Assembly: GCA_037133055.1 (NCBI GenBank) | Contig: JBAXOY010000041.1 | Location: 1 to 24,747 of the forward strand | Source of the DNA: Chlamydiota bacterium | GTDB lineage: Bacteria; Auribacterota; Tritonobacteria; UBA1439 | DNA: 24,747 bases | Direction: 5' to 3' | Shown: in pieces, positions 22,207-24,747 of the stretch | Layout of the letters: every line of letters begins with the position of its first letter | How positions within the stretch are numbered: the stretch's first letter is position 1 | Program-made: the position numbers and the translations under genes | Notes under the pieces: generated by a model | The model's database searches: none | Told to the model about the DNA's origin: nothing | The model's input: only the letters and a program-made list of their open reading frames with translations

Positions 22207-23861
22207 CGGATGGCCCCTTCCAGCTCCCGCTGCATCTCCTCGATGGAGAACGGTCGCCCGTCGTATCTCAGGACCCGCCTCGCGGGGACGAATCCGTGCG
22301 CGGCGGCGAGCGCCGCGAACTGCCCCGTGGCGCTGTGCTCGACGGAAATGATTCGCTCCACGCCCGCGAGCGCCGCGGAAAGCTGCTCCGCCGGGAACGG
22401 GGACAGCAGCGAGAGGCTCACCGCCCGGAGGCCCATCCCGCTCGCAACCTCCCCGCAGACGCCCGCGTTGGAGCCCCCGCAAAGGACCGCGGTCTTCCCC
22501 CGGGCATCGCCGCCGACGGTCACGGCGGGGAACCCTGCGAGGTCGGCGACGAGGGACGCGCCCTTCCGGAGCCGCTTTTCCTGCATCTTCTTCACCGTCT
22601 CCGGCGCCTCGGTGGTGAGGCCCGCCTCGTCGTGCTCGTAGCTGTTCACCTTGACCACCGCCTCCGGGTCTGGGGGGAACACGAGCGGAGAGACGCCGGT
22701 TGCGGTGTCGAGATATCTCCTATAGCCGGCCGCGGCGCCGAGGGGCGTCTCCTCCTCCCGCGCGCCGCCGGCCGATTCGATGTCGAAGCTGAACGTCCCC
22801 TCGCAGAGCGTCTTGTCGACGAGGACGATGGCGGGAATCCCGTATTTCCAGGAGAGATTGAGCGCGGCCGCGGACCAGAAGTACGCCTCCCCGGGGGTGC
22901 CGGGCGCGACGACCAGCCGCGGGAACTCGCCCTGCCCCGCCGAGAGGGCGAAGTTGAGGTCCGCCTGCGAGGTGTAGGTGGGGAGCCCCGTGCTCGGACC
23001 CGGCCGCTGACCGAGGACGATCACGACGGGGATCTCCGCCATTCCCGCGAGGCTCATCCCCTCGGTCATCAGGCAGAAGCCCCCGCCGGAGGTCCCGACC
23101 GCCGACCGCTCGCCGGCCGCGGCGAAGCCGAGCGCCATGAGGATCGCGGCGATCTCGCTTTCCGGGTGGACGACCTTGAGGTCGAACTGGCGAGCCGCGG
23201 ACGCGAGGAAGTGCAGGAGATTCGAGGTCGGGGTCATCGGGTAGGAGACATAGGCGTCGAGCCCCGCCGCGAGGAGCCCGAGGCCGATCGCCTCGTTCCC
23301 GGTGACGAGCGGGAGGGGCGTCGCATCGAGGGGCGCGAGCGGCGGGCCGGGAGATGCCGCGTCGTATCCCCTCCGCGCGAGTTTCAGGTTGAGCGCGGAA
23401 TCCTTCCCCCCCTCCCCCGCATAGACCTTCTCGACGGCCCCCCAGCCGACCCCCGCCTTCCCCGCGAACGCCCCGATGAGGCACGAGTTCCGCATGATCG
23501 CGGGGGCGCCCGCATCCCTGAGGATCGCCTGGATCGGGATCCCGGTGCCGTCGACCTTCACGGTTTCCGGGTCGTGGATGAGGCCCGCGGGGTCGCGCAG
23601 CCGCCCGCGGTGGCGGTCCGCCGTCCCCTGGTCCAGCGCGAGGACAAAATCCGCCGCGTCACGGTGCGCGGCGATCGGCGCTTCCGCGCCCCGCACGATC
23701 GCGAAGTTGTGTCCGCCCCGGATGAGGGAGGGGTAGTCGATCAGGCCGTAGACGCGGTATCCCAGGCCGGCGAGGATACGGCCGAGGAGTTCCGCGGCCT
23801 GGTTGATCCCGTCCCCCGCCTGTCCCCCGATCAGCACTGACAACTCTTTCATATTCTTCAT
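22203..23861 (-). CDS. 2-oxoacid:acceptor oxidoreductase alpha subunit (fused gamma-alpha)
   Basis: GGQAGDGI, SLIRGGHN, TGNEA, YPMTP, ESEIAA, TSGGGF.LM.E, QRPGPSTGLPT. Confidence 0.95.
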   Translation of the reverse strand: MKNMKELSVLIGGQAGDGINQAAELLGRILAGLGYRVYGLIDYPSLIRGGHNFAIVRGAEAPIAAHRDAADFVLALDQGTADRHRGRLRDPAGLIHDPETVKVDGTGIPIQAILRDAGAPAIMRNSCLIGAFAGKAGVGWGAVEKVYAGEGGKDSALNLKLARRGYDAASPGPPLAPLDATPLPLVTGNEAIGLGLLAAGLDAYVSYPMTPTSNLLHFLASAARQFDLKVVHPESEIAAILMALGFAAAGERSAVGTSGGGFCLMTEGMSLAGMAEIPVVIVLGQRPGPSTGLPTYTSQADLNFALSAGQGEFPRLVVAPGTPGEAYFWSAAALNLSWKYGIPAIVLVDKTLCEGTFSFDIESAGGAREEETPLGAAAGYRRYLDTATGVSPLVFPPDPEAVVKVNSYEHDEAGLTTEAPETVKKMQEKRLRKGASLVADLAGFPAVTVGGDARGKTAVLCGGSNAGVCGEVASGMGLRAVSLSLLSPFPAEQLSAALAGVERIISVEHSATGQFAALAAAHGFVPARRVLRYDGRPFSIEEMQRELEGAIR

Positions 23862-23880
23862 GGAGACTGGGAGCCTGTCC

Positions 23881-24438
23881 CTATTTCCTGTACTTTCCGA
23901 TCAGCGTCCCCTCGGCGATGACGTGCCCCTTCATCTCCTTGAGGAGCCGCGCCTTGGTCACCCTGCCCTTGAGATCGAGCTTCGCGTCGAGGGCGTAGAG
24001 CGTGAAGAAATACCGGTGCGTCCCGCCGGGAGGACAGGGGCCGCCGTAGCCGATCTTGCCGAAATCGTTCATGCCCTGGGCTGCGCCGCCCTCGATTTTC
24101 TCGGCCTTGGGCATTCCCTCGTGGAGCAGGCGAAGGTCCGGGGGCATGTCGAAGACGACCCAGTGCACCCATCTGCCCATCGGCGCGTCCGGGTCGTCGC
24201 AGATGAGCGCGAGGCTCTTCGCCGCTCCGGGAACGGAGTCCCACTCGATCGGGGGGGAGAGGTCCTCCCCCTGGCAACTGTATTTCCCGGGTATCATCCC
24301 CCCTTCCTCGAACGCGGGGCTCCGCACCGGCATACGAGCCCCCCCTCCCGCGCCCTGCGCCGCGCCTTCGCCGTCGGCCCCTTTGCACGCGCCGAGCAGC
24401 GCCGCCAGGCCCGCCACCCACACCCACGCGTATCTCAT
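23881..24438 (-). CDS. YbhB/YbcL family (PEBP / Raf kinase inhibitor-like) lipoprotein
   Basis: lipobox LGAC, SPAF..GG.IP..Y, DDPDAP...WVHWV, YGGPCPP.GTHRYFF.LYALD; start reassigned to 24438. Confidence 0.92.
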   Translation of the reverse strand: MRYAWVWVAGLAALLGACKGADGEGAAQGAGGGARMPVRSPAFEEGGMIPGKYSCQGEDLSPPIEWDSVPGAAKSLALICDDPDAPMGRWVHWVVFDMPPDLRLLHEGMPKAEKIEGGAAQGMNDFGKIGYGGPCPPGGTHRYFFTLYALDAKLDLKGRVTKARLLKEMKGHVIAEGTLIGKYRK

Positions 24439-24747
24439 CGATGCCCCCTCTCGGTTTCTTCGCCTCGCATGCGCACGTCCAACAGCGCCTCGAGATCCCT
24501 CGTCGCCGTCACGGGGAGCGCGCACGCGCCCGACGCGCACAGGTAGGCCGTGGCCTTCCCCCCGCGCGGATCCATCCCCCGGAGGTGCGGCGCGAGCTTC
24601 TCGATCTCCCTGCCCCTCTCCCCCCCCGCGTGGAGCACGACCAGCGCGCCGGGCATGAACCTCCCCCTCACCGTCCGCAGCATCCGGCGCGTGTCCCCGC
24701 TCCCCGGCTCCCCCGCGATGACGATCTCCCGCGCGGGGTTGCGCGCG
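24435..24747 (-). CDS. C-terminal part of a YyaL/SSP411-like thioredoxin-domain protein (runs off the window)
   Basis: open frame from the window edge: EIVIAG....DTRRML..VR.RFMP...KLAP.L..M....GKATAYLC....C.LPVT. Confidence 0.78.
   Translation of the reverse strand, partial: ARNPAREIVIAGEPGSGDTRRMLRTVRGRFMPGALVVLHAGGERGREIEKLAPHLRGMDPRGGKATAYLCASGACALPVTATRDLEALLDVRMRGEETERGHR

Noticed and set aside
17566..23840. Long + strand ORFs 17566..19110, 19760..20881 and 22296..23840
   Set aside because: Antisense to well-supported minus-strand genes, with no recognisable motifs.
178..24747. Selenocysteine or stop-readthrough in the redox proteins
   Set aside because: The Cys motifs I examined are encoded in open frames, and I saw no in-frame TGA at a catalytic position.

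Overview
A GC-rich window, probably from an anaerobic bacterium (taxon not identifiable from the sequence), dominated by oxidative/nitrosative-stress, redox and metal-homeostasis genes. It begins with rubrerythrin (+), a convergent YgjP/M48-like + CMP/dCMP-deaminase pair (-), an orphan membrane protein and a cysteine-depleted radical-SAM-like ORF. A long minus-strand unit follows: Rrf2 regulator, 4Fe-4S protein, small Cys-rich protein, hcp, a low-GC TylF-like methyltransferase insert, fprA, YHS protein, 4xCxxC lipoprotein, CDF exporter and CopA. Next come an HI0933 flavoprotein, a + strand cstA-thioredoxin pair, and a second minus-strand run (YyaL partial, YbhB/YbcL, 2-oxoacid:ferredoxin oxidoreductase alpha/beta, DUF6132-like, PNPOx-like, Isf-like, glutaredoxin, GNAT, DUF2156, flavin reductase-rubredoxin, nth). 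Three structural signals stand out. (1) An integrase-less ~1.5 kb low-GC islet sits inside the 5' end of fprA, duplicates that end, supplies a replacement start/RBS, and leaves a 44-aa remnant ORF whose stop overlaps the cargo gene's start. (2) Two perfect palindromes with an identical 24-bp core bracket the oppositely oriented cstA-trx cassette. (3) A 28-bp inverted-repeat element has tandem duplications on both flanks. No rRNA, tRNA, CRISPR, transposase or integrase was seen. Family calls come from motif recognition only, and no database searches were run.
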